From positions 702,305-766,304 of the forward strand of contig CAVYGQ010000001.1 in NCBI GenBank assembly GCA_963768175.1: a stretch of DNA of 64,000 bases, read 5' to 3'. The notes under the pieces are model-generated. The model saw only the letters and a program-made list of their open reading frames with translations. It did not search any database and had not been told where the DNA came from. This document shows, one piece after another, positions 8,521 through 18,271 of the stretch (positions within the stretch are counted from its first letter, which is position 1; each line of letters starts with the position of its first letter). The DNA is from Candidatus Doudnabacteria bacterium (lineage in GTDB: Bacteria > Patescibacteriota > Doudnabacteria > UBA920). The translations under genes were made by a program, and so were the position numbers.

Positions 8521-10542
8521 ATGCCCGACCTCAAACAAAAGCTTAAAAATATTCCCCAAAAACCAGGCGTCTACCTTTTTAAAGATAAGCACGGGGTTGT
8601 TTTATACGTGGGCAAAGCCAAAAATTTAAAAGCGCGCGTCAGCCAATACTTAAGCGGGCATGACGAACGCGAGCAAATCCCCTATTTGATGGAAGAGGCC
8701 GTTGATGTTGATTACACGGTCGTAAATAACGAACTGGAAAGCCTATTTTTGGAAAACACGCTTATTAAGCAGTATTTGCCCAAGTATAATATTTTACTGC
8801 GCGACGACAAAAATTACGCTTTTATAAAAATTGACTACTCAACGGAGATTCCCCAAATTGGATATGCGAGAAAAATTGATAGTTATCGGCGTCATCCTGA
8901 CCCTGAGCGAAGCGAAGGGGAAGGATCTCTTAAACAATCGGTGAAAAGAGATTCCTCGGCTGCACTCGGAATGACACCGGAAGATAAGTTCTTCGGTCCG
9001 TATAGCGCCGCATACAAAATCCGCAACACTTTGCATTTAATGCGCAAAATTTTTCCTTACTGCTCGGCGCAAAAAGTTTCCGGCAAGCCGTGCTTCTACT
9101 ATCACCTGCACCGCTGCCCGGGCGTGTGCATAGGCAAAATTTCGCTTAATGAATACAAACTCCAGCTCAAAAAAATTGAAGACTTTTTGGCCGGCAACAC
9201 GGGCAAAATCGGCAAACAACTGCAAAGCGAGATGCGCCAAGCGGCCATAAAAAAACAGTTTGAAAAAGCCGCAAGGCTTCGCGACCAGTTAAACTCCTTA
9301 AAACTTTTGGAAGAACACCAAACGGTAATTTTAGCCAAAAAAGTGGATTGGGATATTGTGTCTTTGGCATCTTCCGATGGCTATACCTGCATAAATTTAT
9401 TTAAAGTCCGCAGCGGCAAGCTGCAGGATAAGGAAAATTTTGTATACGAAACTAATGTTGATTATTTGCGCGGCCGCGCAAATAATCAACAAGACGAAAT
9501 TTTGCAAAAATTTTTGGAGCAATACTATTTGGAAACTTCCAGCATTCCCAAAATTATTTACGCCCAGTACCCAGCCCAAGGATATCGGCTGATAGAAAAA
9601 CTAATACGCTCGCGGTGCGGCCGCGCAACCAAAATTATTACGCCCCAAAGAGGCAAAGCCAAAAAACTGGTAAAGCTTGGGGTTGTCAACGCGCAGGAAT
9701 ATTTGACCAAATGGCTTTCGGACCAGGCCGGAAATTTGCCCGCCCGCAACGACTTCGTCGTAGCGAAGTCGGGCGGGGACAAAATCAACCGCGCATTACA
9801 GGGCTTAAAAGATATTTTGAAGTTGGAAAAAATTCCCCAACGGATTGAGTGCTACGACATTTCCAATATCCAAGGGACCAACGCGGTGGGTAGCATGGTG
9901 GTGTTTAATAAAGGCCTGCCGGCTAAAAGCGAATACCGCAAATTTAAAATCCGTTCCAAGTCCACGCCGGACGATTTTGCGATGATGAAGGAAATGCTAG
10001 GGAGGAGATTCGCCCGATCTGTTATTGCGAGGAGTGCATCCGACGAAGCAATCTTATCGGAGAAAGGATTGCCGCGCCCCTCGGATGCACTCGGGGCTCG
10101 CAATGACAAAGGAAGCTGGCCTCTTCCAGAGCTCATCGTAATCGACGGCGGCAAAGGCCAGTTGTCTGCAGCGATTGAAGTACTTACAACATACAACACA
10201 CAACACACAACTCCAATAATCGGCCTTGCCAAACGCATTGAAGAAATCTTTGTGCCGGGCAAATCGGATCCGATAATTTTATCGCACGACGACCCCGCTC
10301 TCCAGCTCCTGCAAAGATTGCGCGACGAAGCTCATCGTTTTGGCATAATCTTTCACCGCAAACTCCGTTCCAAAGAAGCGATAAAATCCGCGCTGGACGA
10401 CATCCCGGGGCTAGGCCCCAAAACCAAAAAACTTTTAAAAACCAAATTCGGAACCGTGGCGGATGTCAGAAAAGCCAGCTCTGATGAATTGACAAAAGTT
10501 GTCGGGGTAAAGTTGGCACAAACGATTAAACAAAATTTATAA
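8521..10542 (+). CDS. uvrC: Excinuclease ABC subunit C, with three in-frame palindromic insertions
   Basis: PGVYLF...YVGKAKNL GIY-YIG domain, FEKAARLRD, RIECYDISN, IDGGKGQL, LQRLRDEAHRF, C-terminal HhH. Start taken as ATG 8521. Confidence 0.97.
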   Translation: MPDLKQKLKNIPQKPGVYLFKDKHGVVLYVGKAKNLKARVSQYLSGHDEREQIPYLMEEAVDVDYTVVNNELESLFLENTLIKQYLPKYNILLRDDKNYAFIKIDYSTEIPQIGYARKIDSYRRHPDPERSEGEGSLKQSVKRDSSAALGMTPEDKFFGPYSAAYKIRNTLHLMRKIFPYCSAQKVSGKPCFYYHLHRCPGVCIGKISLNEYKLQLKKIEDFLAGNTGKIGKQLQSEMRQAAIKKQFEKAARLRDQLNSLKLLEEHQTVILAKKVDWDIVSLASSDGYTCINLFKVRSGKLQDKENFVYETNVDYLRGRANNQQDEILQKFLEQYYLETSSIPKIIYAQYPAQGYRLIEKLIRSRCGRATKIITPQRGKAKKLVKLGVVNAQEYLTKWLSDQAGNLPARNDFVVAKSGGDKINRALQGLKDILKLEKIPQRIECYDISNIQGTNAVGSMVVFNKGLPAKSEYRKFKIRSKSTPDDFAMMKEMLGRRFARSVIARSASDEAILSEKGLPRPSDALGARNDKGSWPLPELIVIDGGKGQLSAAIEVLTTYNTQHTTPIIGLAKRIEEIFVPGKSDPIILSHDDPALQLLQRLRDEAHRFGIIFHRKLRSKEAIKSALDDIPGLGPKTKKLLKTKFGTVADVRKASSDELTKVVGVKLAQTIKQNL

Positions 10543-10799
10543 AATCGGAAGTCGGCACTATCATCCGACATGCCGCCCTGTCGAATGACAAGGACGGACT
10601 AATCGGAATGTCAGAACCTATGGTTTTCCATCCGATTTATCCGATTTTCTGACTCTCCGATTTTTCCGCCATACATTGACACCGCCCGCCCTTTCCTTGT
10701 ATAATGGTTGGGCAAAATATTTTTTGGCCTAACTTCATCCTGTTAAATAATTTGCCCAGCAAATTGGCACTTTGTGCCATTTAACAGGACAAGAATCCT

Positions 10800-11021
10800 A
10801 TGAATTCCATTGTTTTCCGCTTCCTGAATATCCTGGTCATGCTTCTGTTAATAATCGTAGTTTCCCTACAAAACAAATCTTCCGGGCTTTCCAACGTCTT
10901 CGGTGGCGGCGGCAACATTGTCCAAACCCGCCGCGGCTTTGAAAAATGGCTGTTTTACGCCACCATTGTTTTAGGCATTATTTTTATGGCTATTAATATA
11001 AGCTTCCTGTTTAGTAAATAG
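10800..11021 (+). CDS. secG: Preprotein translocase subunit SecG
   Basis: TM-LQNKSSGLSNVFGGGG-TRRGFEKWL-TM. Confidence 0.9.
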   Translation: MNSIVFRFLNILVMLLLIIVVSLQNKSSGLSNVFGGGGNIVQTRRGFEKWLFYATIVLGIIFMAINISFLFSK

Positions 11022-11132
11022 CATTCCGATCCGGATATCCAGATAAAATCCGGATCAACGGATAACTGCGGATGCAAAAATCCGTAGACATCAGCAGATC
11101 CGGATGCATCCGTATATCGGGATCGCTTTACG

Positions 11133-12878
11133 ATGAACGGTTTCCCCGAAAACTTAACCTCTAGCGCCAAACAAATTTCTCTTGGCATAAAGGGGCTCAA
11201 ACATTTAAGCCTTTCCCGCTTGCGGAAAGTTTTTTCTTTAATGGGCAAAAACGAAAAAATCGCCGTAGGGGTGCTGGCTGTCTTAGCGCTGATTAGCCTG
11301 TTTGTATCTTTGCGCAATATTTATAACGCCCATACCACTCCTTCTCCGGACTTTGGCGGCAGTTACAGCGAAGGACTGCTTGGCCAGCCGACTTACATAA
11401 ATCCGCTTTTAACCAATGAAGAGCCGGATTTGTCTTTAACCAATTTGGTTTTTTCCGGACTCTATAAATATGACTCTGCAGGCCGGCTGGCTCCCGACCT
11501 GGCGGACGGCATGCCCACAGTTTCCCAGGACCAAAAACAATACACTATAAATTTAAAACGCAACGCGAAATGGCAGAACGGCAAACCCCTAACCGCCGAT
11601 GATGTTATTTTTACCATCGGGCTGCTTAAGGATCCGGACTACAAAAGCCCGCTGTGGCCGCTGTGGCAGGCTACCTCCGTCAGCAAGCTTTCGGATTACA
11701 GTGTCCAGTTTACCACCAAAGACATTTCCGGACCATTTATAAACAACCTTACCCTGCCCATTTTGCCCAAAGCCATTTGGGGCGGTGTGGACGCACAAAA
11801 CTTTTTGCAGTCCAAGTATAATTTGGAAGCTATAGGCAGCGGGCCTTACGCCATTAAACAGATTAAAAAATTGCCCAGCGGAAAAGTGGAAGAAATATCC
11901 CTGCAGTCAAACCCGGACTATTACGGCGGCAGGCCGAAAATTGACCAGCTGATTTTTAAATTTTACGATGACGAAGATGACATTTTAAACGCCTTCCATA
12001 GCCGGGAGATTGACGGGTTTGGCTTCGTGCCGCTGGGCAGCGATTTGTACGTGGATAAAAACCAGCCGCAGGCGCAAATTCTAACCGTGCCGCTGCCGCA
12101 GTATCAAATTGTATTTTTTAACCTGAACAATAAAATTTTAAGCGACCAAAACGTCAGGCTGGCGCTTTCTTTGGCAACGGACAAACAACAAATTATTAAC
12201 CAAGTTTTTGCCGGCAACGCGTTTTTGCCTGTGTCCCCTTGGCTGGGGCAAGGACAGATCGCCGCCACATCAACCGTAGATTTAAACCAAGCCAAAAACC
12301 TTTTGGACAACGGCGGCTGGGAAATCAACCCGGCAACCGGAATAAGGGCCAACAAGCAAGGCCAAGCTTTGGCGTTCACTGTCTCTACCAACGACTCCTT
12401 GGTTAATTCCAAGGCTGCGGAAATTTTGGCCGACCAGTGGAAAGCCCTAAACATAACCGTTAATTTAAACATTTTGCCGAGCAAACAACTTACGGACACG
12501 TTAATTAAACCCAGAACTTTTGACGTGTTACTTTTCCCACAAAAATTCAGCGCGGATCCCGACCCGTTTCCCTTTTGGCATTCCAGCCAGGTTAAAGATC
12601 CGGGCTTTAATTTAACCGGTTTTGCCGATGCCGCCGCCGACAGCCTGATTATTAACGCGCGCACGACTACCGATAAAAACGCCCAAGCCCAGGATTACCA
12701 ACAGTTTAACAGTATAATAATGTCAAAAGTCCCGATAATCTTTTTGGACCAAACCGAATATATTTACGCCGTAGACAGCAACGTAAAAAATATCCGGCTT
12801 AATGTACTTTATGACCCCAGCCAAAGGTTTAATGAAATTAGCCAATGGTATATGGCGACCAAGAGGGTATGGAAGTAG
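11133..12878 (+). CDS. ABC transporter substrate-binding protein, family 5 (OppA/DppA-like), N-terminal TM anchor
   Basis: INPLL, LVFSGLYKYD, PDLA, WQNGKPLTADDVIFT, IGSGPY. Confidence 0.9.
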   Translation: MNGFPENLTSSAKQISLGIKGLKHLSLSRLRKVFSLMGKNEKIAVGVLAVLALISLFVSLRNIYNAHTTPSPDFGGSYSEGLLGQPTYINPLLTNEEPDLSLTNLVFSGLYKYDSAGRLAPDLADGMPTVSQDQKQYTINLKRNAKWQNGKPLTADDVIFTIGLLKDPDYKSPLWPLWQATSVSKLSDYSVQFTTKDISGPFINNLTLPILPKAIWGGVDAQNFLQSKYNLEAIGSGPYAIKQIKKLPSGKVEEISLQSNPDYYGGRPKIDQLIFKFYDDEDDILNAFHSREIDGFGFVPLGSDLYVDKNQPQAQILTVPLPQYQIVFFNLNNKILSDQNVRLALSLATDKQQIINQVFAGNAFLPVSPWLGQGQIAATSTVDLNQAKNLLDNGGWEINPATGIRANKQGQALAFTVSTNDSLVNSKAAEILADQWKALNITVNLNILPSKQLTDTLIKPRTFDVLLFPQKFSADPDPFPFWHSSQVKDPGFNLTGFADAAADSLIINARTTTDKNAQAQDYQQFNSIIMSKVPIIFLDQTEYIYAVDSNVKNIRLNVLYDPSQRFNEISQWYMATKRVWK

Positions 12879-12968
12879 TAGCCATTCAAGCATATAAGCA
12901 TACAAGCATTTAAACATCTTAGGTTTGCTTGTTTAAATGTTTAGATGTTAAAATGTTTAAATGAGCGC

Positions 12969-13055
12969 GCCGCGGTGGCGAAATTGGCAGACGCATACGC
13001 TTCAGGTGCGTACGACCTCACGGTCATGAGGGTTCAACTCCCTCCCGCGGCACCA
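12969..13055 (+). tRNA. tRNA-Leu(CAG)
   Basis: Acceptor GCCGCGG/CCGCGGC + ACCA. D-loop TGGCAGAC. Anticodon arm TACGC-TTCAGGT-GCGTA. Long variable arm. GGTTCAACTCC. Confidence 0.96.
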
Positions 13056-13089
13056 CGAATTAATACAAATAATCAAATAATCCAAATTT

Positions 13090-13710
13090 ATGAAAAAACT
13101 GTTACTTGTACTGCCTATTGCTGCCTTGTTAGCCGCCGGATGCAATTCAATCCAGCAGGCTTCAAATCAAGCCCCTGTTCAGGCTCCGGTTGTTCAAAAT
13201 ACAACTCCAACCCCTAGCCTAACACCAACTCAAACTACGCAGCCTGCCCCAACTCCAACAAGCGGGCAAAGCTATTCATTGCCACAGTGTGGAGTCAATG
13301 TGGTTGTAAGAGATGGCTTGCCCGGAAATATTAGTTCGGGGAGCCAAGGCGGTGTCATTTGGACCAGCTTAGCAGTCGGAGGTGCAATGCCAAAATCCGA
13401 ATTAGAGGTAACCTGTACACAAAAAATCGCCAACCCCCAAACTGCTGCGGATGTAAGCAAAAACGATATAGCCTTTATGTTGTCCGTGCAATCCGATGGT
13501 TCTTCAAAAGTTGATAAAGATTTATACTTGGCTTTAGACGCCCAAACAAGGTCAAATATAACCCAGCTTTACTCGGCAATGAACCAAGGCTATCGCCAAG
13601 GTTCCGAGACAATAGGTTTTTCAAACCAAGATTGGCTTTATACTTTTTCTTTCTTAAACCCGGCACAAGCCAGAAACCAAAATGATTTTGTTATTTCCGT
13701 AAATCCATGA
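13090..13710 (+). CDS. Hypothetical lipoprotein with Pro/Thr-rich linker
   Basis: Lipobox LAAGC, followed by a PTPT-rich linker. Confidence 0.8.
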   Translation: MKKLLLVLPIAALLAAGCNSIQQASNQAPVQAPVVQNTTPTPSLTPTQTTQPAPTPTSGQSYSLPQCGVNVVVRDGLPGNISSGSQGGVIWTSLAVGGAMPKSELEVTCTQKIANPQTAADVSKNDIAFMLSVQSDGSSKVDKDLYLALDAQTRSNITQLYSAMNQGYRQGSETIGFSNQDWLYTFSFLNPAQARNQNDFVISVNP

Positions 13711-13726
13711 GACCTCTAAATTTTTG

Positions 13727-13755
13727 TTGACAAAAAAACCAGGGCGTGATATAAT
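13727..13755 (+). promoter_or_regulatory. Consensus sigma70 promoter upstream of rnj
   Basis: TTGACA-17-TATAAT with TG extension. Confidence 0.8.
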
Positions 13756-13997
13756 TAGAATACAAATTAAAAATCTGTCTGAAATAAAAGGAATTATCAG
13801 ATTATAATATAAAATTTAAGTAGCGGGATAACGCCAGTGTTATCAATAAATTTTGTTTTGTAATTTGCTAATTGCGAGCAAACCTAAAGGCGGTCGGCTG
13901 AGCAGGCCACTACCAAAAGGTTGTAGGTGGATTTTAATCCGCCTATAAACATTAATAATTTTTGCCTAGACGCAAATAGGCAGGACAATTTTAAAAA

Positions 13998-15878
13998 ATG
14001 ATGATGAAAAGACATCAGCCCCAGCCGCACAGGCACGGGCAGCAAAGCCGGCCGCAAGGGCAAAATCAAAATCAGCCTAAAACTGACCGTTTAGATGCGC
14101 TCATAAACAAAATGGGCGGTTTGAATTTGGGTGCCCAGCACGGTTTTAGCACCCGTTCAGGGTCTGACCCTTCAGGGTCTAAAGCGACCAGCCGCTACAC
14201 TGCCTCGCGCCAAAATTTAAGAATTATTCCCATGGGCGGCGTAGAAGAAGTCGGAGAAAACATGACCGCGCTGGAATATGGCGACGATATTATTATTATA
14301 GACATGGGTTTGGCCTTCCCCGACGAAACCATGCCGGGCATAGACTATATTATTCCCGACACCAAATGGCTGGAAGAAAATAAAAAAAGGATCCGCGGCG
14401 TTATTATTACCCACGGGCACTTGGACCACATTGGCGCCGTGCCTTACATTTTGCCCAAGCTCGGCGACCCGCCGGTTTATACTTTGGCGCTCACGGCCGC
14501 TTTTATAAAAAAGCGCCTGGAAGAATTCGGCCTTTTGGGCCGCTCCAAAATTAACAGCTTAACCAAAGACGACGTTTTGGCTCTGGGCAATTTTAAAATC
14601 AGGTTTTTTAGGATCAACCACAGCATCCCCAACTCCATCGGTTTGTGCATTACCACGCCGGTCGGCCAGATTGTCTATGTTACGGACTGGAAATTTGACC
14701 ACACGCCGGTAGACAGCAGGCCCACGGAATTTGACAAAATCGCCAAATTCGGCGCCGAAGGCGTAATGCTACTGATGTCCGATTCCACCAACGCGGAAAA
14801 ACCCGGCTACTGTATTTCGGAAAAAGAAATCGGCAACACCATAGACCGCACCTTTAGCGACATTAAAGGCCGGATTATTTTTGCCAATTTCAGCAGCAGC
14901 ATTTCGCGCATCCAGCAGGTCTTTGACGCCGCGGCCAAATATAACCGCAAAGTCATTGTCACCGGCCGGAGCATGGTTAATAACATAGAAATCGCGCTGT
15001 CTTTGGGCTACTTAAAAATCCAACCCAAAATTATTATAAAGTCCGAAGCCGCCAAAAAATTCCCGGATAACCAGATTGTCATTTTAACTACCGGGGCGCA
15101 GGGCGAAGAAGCCGCCGGCTTGGCGCGCATTGCCCGCGGCGACCACAAAACCGTAAGGATTAAAAAGGGAGACACCACCATTGTTTCCGCCTCCCCCATT
15201 CCGGGCAACGAACGGGCCATTGCCGCCATGCTGTCCAACCTAACCAGGCTTGGCTCCCACGTGATTTACAACAAGACTTTGGACATCCACACCTCCGGCC
15301 ACGCGCACCAGGAAGAATTAAAACTAATGATTGCCCTAGTCAAACCCAAATACTTTATGCCCATCCACGGCGAACACCACATGATTGTGGCGCACGCGGA
15401 ACTGGCCAAAGGCATGGGCATTCCGGAAGCCAATATTTTTGTCCTGGACAACGGACAAATTTTGGAAATCACTTCCGCCAAGGAAGCCAAAATTGTGGAA
15501 GACCCGAAAATCGCTTCGGGCTATGTGTTTATAGACGGGCTTGGCATCGGCGACGTGGGTGAAGTGGTTATCCGCGACCGGCAGGTTATGGCGCAGGACG
15601 GCATGTTCGTGATTATCATGACATTAGATAGAAGGAGCGGCAAACTGGTAAACCAGCCGGATATTATTTCCCGCGGCTTTATTTATATGAAAGGCAACGA
15701 CGATTTAATCCGCGAGGTCAAGCACGAGGTGCGCAAGCTGGTGGAAAGCAAAGGCAAGGAAAAGCTGGAGCCCAACTACGCCTACCTCCGCAACATTGTC
15801 CGCGACGAAATTGGCGAATACCTTTATCAAAAAACAGAGAGAAGACCAATGGTCCTTCCGGTCGTGATTGAAGTATAA
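13998..15878 (+). CDS. rnj: Ribonuclease J
   Basis: PMGGVEEVGENM, THGHLDHIG, SDSTNA, HTSGH, PIHGE, ERRPMVLPV. Low-complexity N-terminal extension. Confidence 0.97.
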   Translation: MMMKRHQPQPHRHGQQSRPQGQNQNQPKTDRLDALINKMGGLNLGAQHGFSTRSGSDPSGSKATSRYTASRQNLRIIPMGGVEEVGENMTALEYGDDIIIIDMGLAFPDETMPGIDYIIPDTKWLEENKKRIRGVIITHGHLDHIGAVPYILPKLGDPPVYTLALTAAFIKKRLEEFGLLGRSKINSLTKDDVLALGNFKIRFFRINHSIPNSIGLCITTPVGQIVYVTDWKFDHTPVDSRPTEFDKIAKFGAEGVMLLMSDSTNAEKPGYCISEKEIGNTIDRTFSDIKGRIIFANFSSSISRIQQVFDAAAKYNRKVIVTGRSMVNNIEIALSLGYLKIQPKIIIKSEAAKKFPDNQIVILTTGAQGEEAAGLARIARGDHKTVRIKKGDTTIVSASPIPGNERAIAAMLSNLTRLGSHVIYNKTLDIHTSGHAHQEELKLMIALVKPKYFMPIHGEHHMIVAHAELAKGMGIPEANIFVLDNGQILEITSAKEAKIVEDPKIASGYVFIDGLGIGDVGEVVIRDRQVMAQDGMFVIIMTLDRRSGKLVNQPDIISRGFIYMKGNDDLIREVKHEVRKLVESKGKEKLEPNYAYLRNIVRDEIGEYLYQKTERRPMVLPVVIEV

Positions 15879-15891
15879 TAAATCCGAAATA

Positions 15892-15923
15892 TCCCGCCCT
15901 TTGTCCGCAAAGGGCGGGGTTTA
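15892..15923 (+). terminator. Intrinsic terminator after rnj
   Basis: CCCGCCCTTTG-TCCG-CAAAGGGCGGG followed by TTT. Confidence 0.7.
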
Positions 15924-15978
15924 ATTTGACTAAAATTTTTATAATGCTAAAATCATCAGACAGGAGGAACGATAGAAG

Positions 15979-16191
15979 ATGTGTATTCACAATCGGAAGG
16001 GCCCCCAGCGCCAAGATTCTTCGCCGACTAGCCAACTCAACGAACCGATAATCCAGGATGCTGATAGGTCAGTGGGCGACATTCTGGACTGGAGCACGCG
16101 GATTGGACAAGGAGGGCCACGACACGCTCCCCCACCCCGCAAGCCGCCAAAGACTGAAACCGCACTTCCCGGCGACCGAGATTTGGACTAA
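15979..16191 (+). CDS. Small hypothetical protein, SD-led islet
   Basis: AGGAGG upstream, TTGACT-16-TAAAAT promoter, T-rich hairpin downstream. No recognisable domain. Confidence 0.45.
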   Translation: MCIHNRKGPQRQDSSPTSQLNEPIIQDADRSVGDILDWSTRIGQGGPRHAPPPRKPPKTETALPGDRDLD

Positions 16192-16441
16192 CGTCCTCAT
16201 CTGTCTGCCGCGGACGAACGACCTTCGCCCGCGGTTCCCTTTTTTTATTTCATTTATTTGCTATACTAATATCAGAATTTACGCATTGACCAAGTTCGAG
16301 GCATTTTGCGAGGATTTTATGAGGCGTACTTTAGGTACGACGAATAAAACCGCAGCAAAATAACGAAGAAATTGGCCAAAGCCGCTTTGAAGGTAGGGCT
16401 CCGCCCGCCCAAAAAGCGGCGATGCGGAAATCCTGATTAAT

Positions 16442-17614
16442 ATGGATAAAAAACAAACCATTGTCTCCGGAATCAGGGCCAGCGGCAAATTACACGTTGG
16501 CAATTACCTGGGCGCGCTTAAGCAGTTTGTAGAGCTGCAAAACGACGAAACCAAAAACTGTTATTTTTTTATCGCTGATTTGCACGGCCTAACCACCCCT
16601 TTTGAGCCAAAAGAGCTGGCCAATACGATTTTGGACGTTACGGCCAGTTACTTAGCCGCCGGGATTAATCCAGAAAAAACAACTTTCTTTTTGCAAAGCC
16701 AGGTTTTGGAACATGCCCAGCTGGCCTGGATTTTTAATTGCATCACGCCGCTTGGAGAACTTTATCGGATGACACAGTTTAAAGTTAAAGGGAACCTAAA
16801 AACAAAAATCTCTGATCGTACTCCTTCGCTTTCCAAACCAGAAACTATAGGTAATCAAATTGTTGATAATTCTGGCTATTTCGAAAAATTATCAGAAAAA
16901 TATTTTGTAGAGTTTATCGACAAAGAAGGAAATCGTTCAGAAAATAAAATTGCTTCAGGATTTATAAAAACTCTTTATGACGAACTCTCAGATACTTACA
17001 AAGTTAACGCCGGACTTTTGACTTACCCCGCCTTAATGGCCGCGGATATTTTAATGTATAAAGCAGATGCGGTACCCGTGGGCGATGACCAGGTCCAGCA
17101 CGTGGAGCTGGCAAGGGTAGTAGCCAGGAAGTTTAACCACAAATTCGGCAAAACTTTTCCGGAACCCAAAACTTTTTTAACCAAACCGTTGCGGATTATG
17201 TCCTTAACCGACCCGACCAAAAAAATGAGCAAAACCGGGGACGAGGCTCTGCTGTTGGACGATTCACCCGCGGAAATAACGCGCAAGCTTAAAAAAGCTT
17301 TAACCGCAAGCGAGGCCGGCAAAAAATCCCCGGGGGAAGAAAATCTGATGCTGCTTTTGTCCCATTTTGGGAAAACTGATGAAATTGCTCATTTTATGGA
17401 GACGCAGGCAGCCGGAACTTTAAAATACAGCGAACTTAAAGAAGCCTTAGCCAAAGATATCAGTAATTATTTTGCCGATTTTCGTGAAAAGAAAAAAGAG
17501 CTTCTGGCAAGGCCGGAATATCTGGCGCAAGTCCTGGCCGAAGGCTCGCGCAAGGCCGCGGCAGTAGCCAAAGAAACATTGTTGGAAGTCAAACAAAAAA
17601 TCGGACTGCTCTAG
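16442..17614 (+). CDS. trpS: Tryptophanyl-tRNA synthetase (bacterial type) with a long insertion
   Basis: SGIRASGKLHVGNYLGA, MTQFK, YPALMAADIL, VPVGDDQ, KMSKT. Confidence 0.96.
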   Translation: MDKKQTIVSGIRASGKLHVGNYLGALKQFVELQNDETKNCYFFIADLHGLTTPFEPKELANTILDVTASYLAAGINPEKTTFFLQSQVLEHAQLAWIFNCITPLGELYRMTQFKVKGNLKTKISDRTPSLSKPETIGNQIVDNSGYFEKLSEKYFVEFIDKEGNRSENKIASGFIKTLYDELSDTYKVNAGLLTYPALMAADILMYKADAVPVGDDQVQHVELARVVARKFNHKFGKTFPEPKTFLTKPLRIMSLTDPTKKMSKTGDEALLLDDSPAEITRKLKKALTASEAGKKSPGEENLMLLLSHFGKTDEIAHFMETQAAGTLKYSELKEALAKDISNYFADFREKKKELLARPEYLAQVLAEGSRKAAAVAKETLLEVKQKIGLL

Positions 17615-17676
17615 TCCGGTTTTTTAGTGTGATTTTCAAGTGTTAAGAAACAAAAATTCCACGGGAGGAAAAGATT

Positions 17677-18009
17677 ATGTCGGATCTTGCGGTCTACGTT
17701 CTACACATTGTAGTTAAACCCTACAAGGCCCCTTTCATCCGTCGCTCCCTGGAGGAAGCCAGAGACGATGGTGTGGCGTGGCATGGGTTCAAACTCATGG
17801 AACGTGTAGATGTAAAAGAAATCGCCAACGGCGTATTCGCCCAATCTTTCAACTCCTCAGGGAGTATTGAGGAGCTGGCTAACAACCCCAATGTCGTCCG
17901 AGTAGGCGTTTTCAATGGCTTGTGTATGAACCAAGTCATACAGGCGCCTGCCCAGGAAAGGGAACGACGCGAAACCATCATCTTTGACCGTCAGGCCGTT
18001 GCTGCCTGA
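17677..18009 (+). CDS. Hypothetical protein, SD-led islet
   Basis: GGGAGG upstream of ATG. Confidence 0.6.
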   Translation: MSDLAVYVLHIVVKPYKAPFIRRSLEEARDDGVAWHGFKLMERVDVKEIANGVFAQSFNSSGSIEELANNPNVVRVGVFNGLCMNQVIQAPAQERERRETIIFDRQAVAA

Positions 18010-18041
18010 CCAGGCAAACACGAAGATAACGGAAGGGAAAC

Positions 18042-18218
18042 ATGTGCACTCCTTACGCATTGGAGCTGTACCTTACTGGCAAGACCGCCGAAGAGCTTGC
18101 CAAAATAACGGGCATCCCCGTTGAACACATCCAAGCCAGGCTAGATGCCGCCGAGCAGTATCTGGCACGGCAGGGCGCCGCAGACGCCCGAAAGGAGGCC
18201 GTATCGACAAGCTCCTGA
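18042..18218 (+). CDS. 58-aa HTH-like small protein (below the ORF-track cutoff)
   Basis: MCTPYALELYLTGKTAEELAKITGIPVEHIQARLDAAEQYL..., a sigma region-4-like HTH pattern. GGAAGGG upstream. Hairpin + T-run downstream. Confidence 0.6.
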   Translation: MCTPYALELYLTGKTAEELAKITGIPVEHIQARLDAAEQYLARQGAADARKEAVSTSS

Positions 18219-18271
18219 AACAAAAACCGGCGGCCGGAACCTGCATTCCCGGCCGCCACACTCTTTTTAGA

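Noticed and set aside
12945-13217. 90-aa ORF
   Set aside because: Runs through tRNA-Leu
13056-13720. Possible integrated element at tRNA-Leu carrying the lipoprotein gene
   Set aside because: Composition differs slightly, but no duplicated tRNA end or att arm was found
16785-17005. Intein or intron in trpS
   Set aside because: Too short, no C/S...HN termini, frame open, no group I/II features
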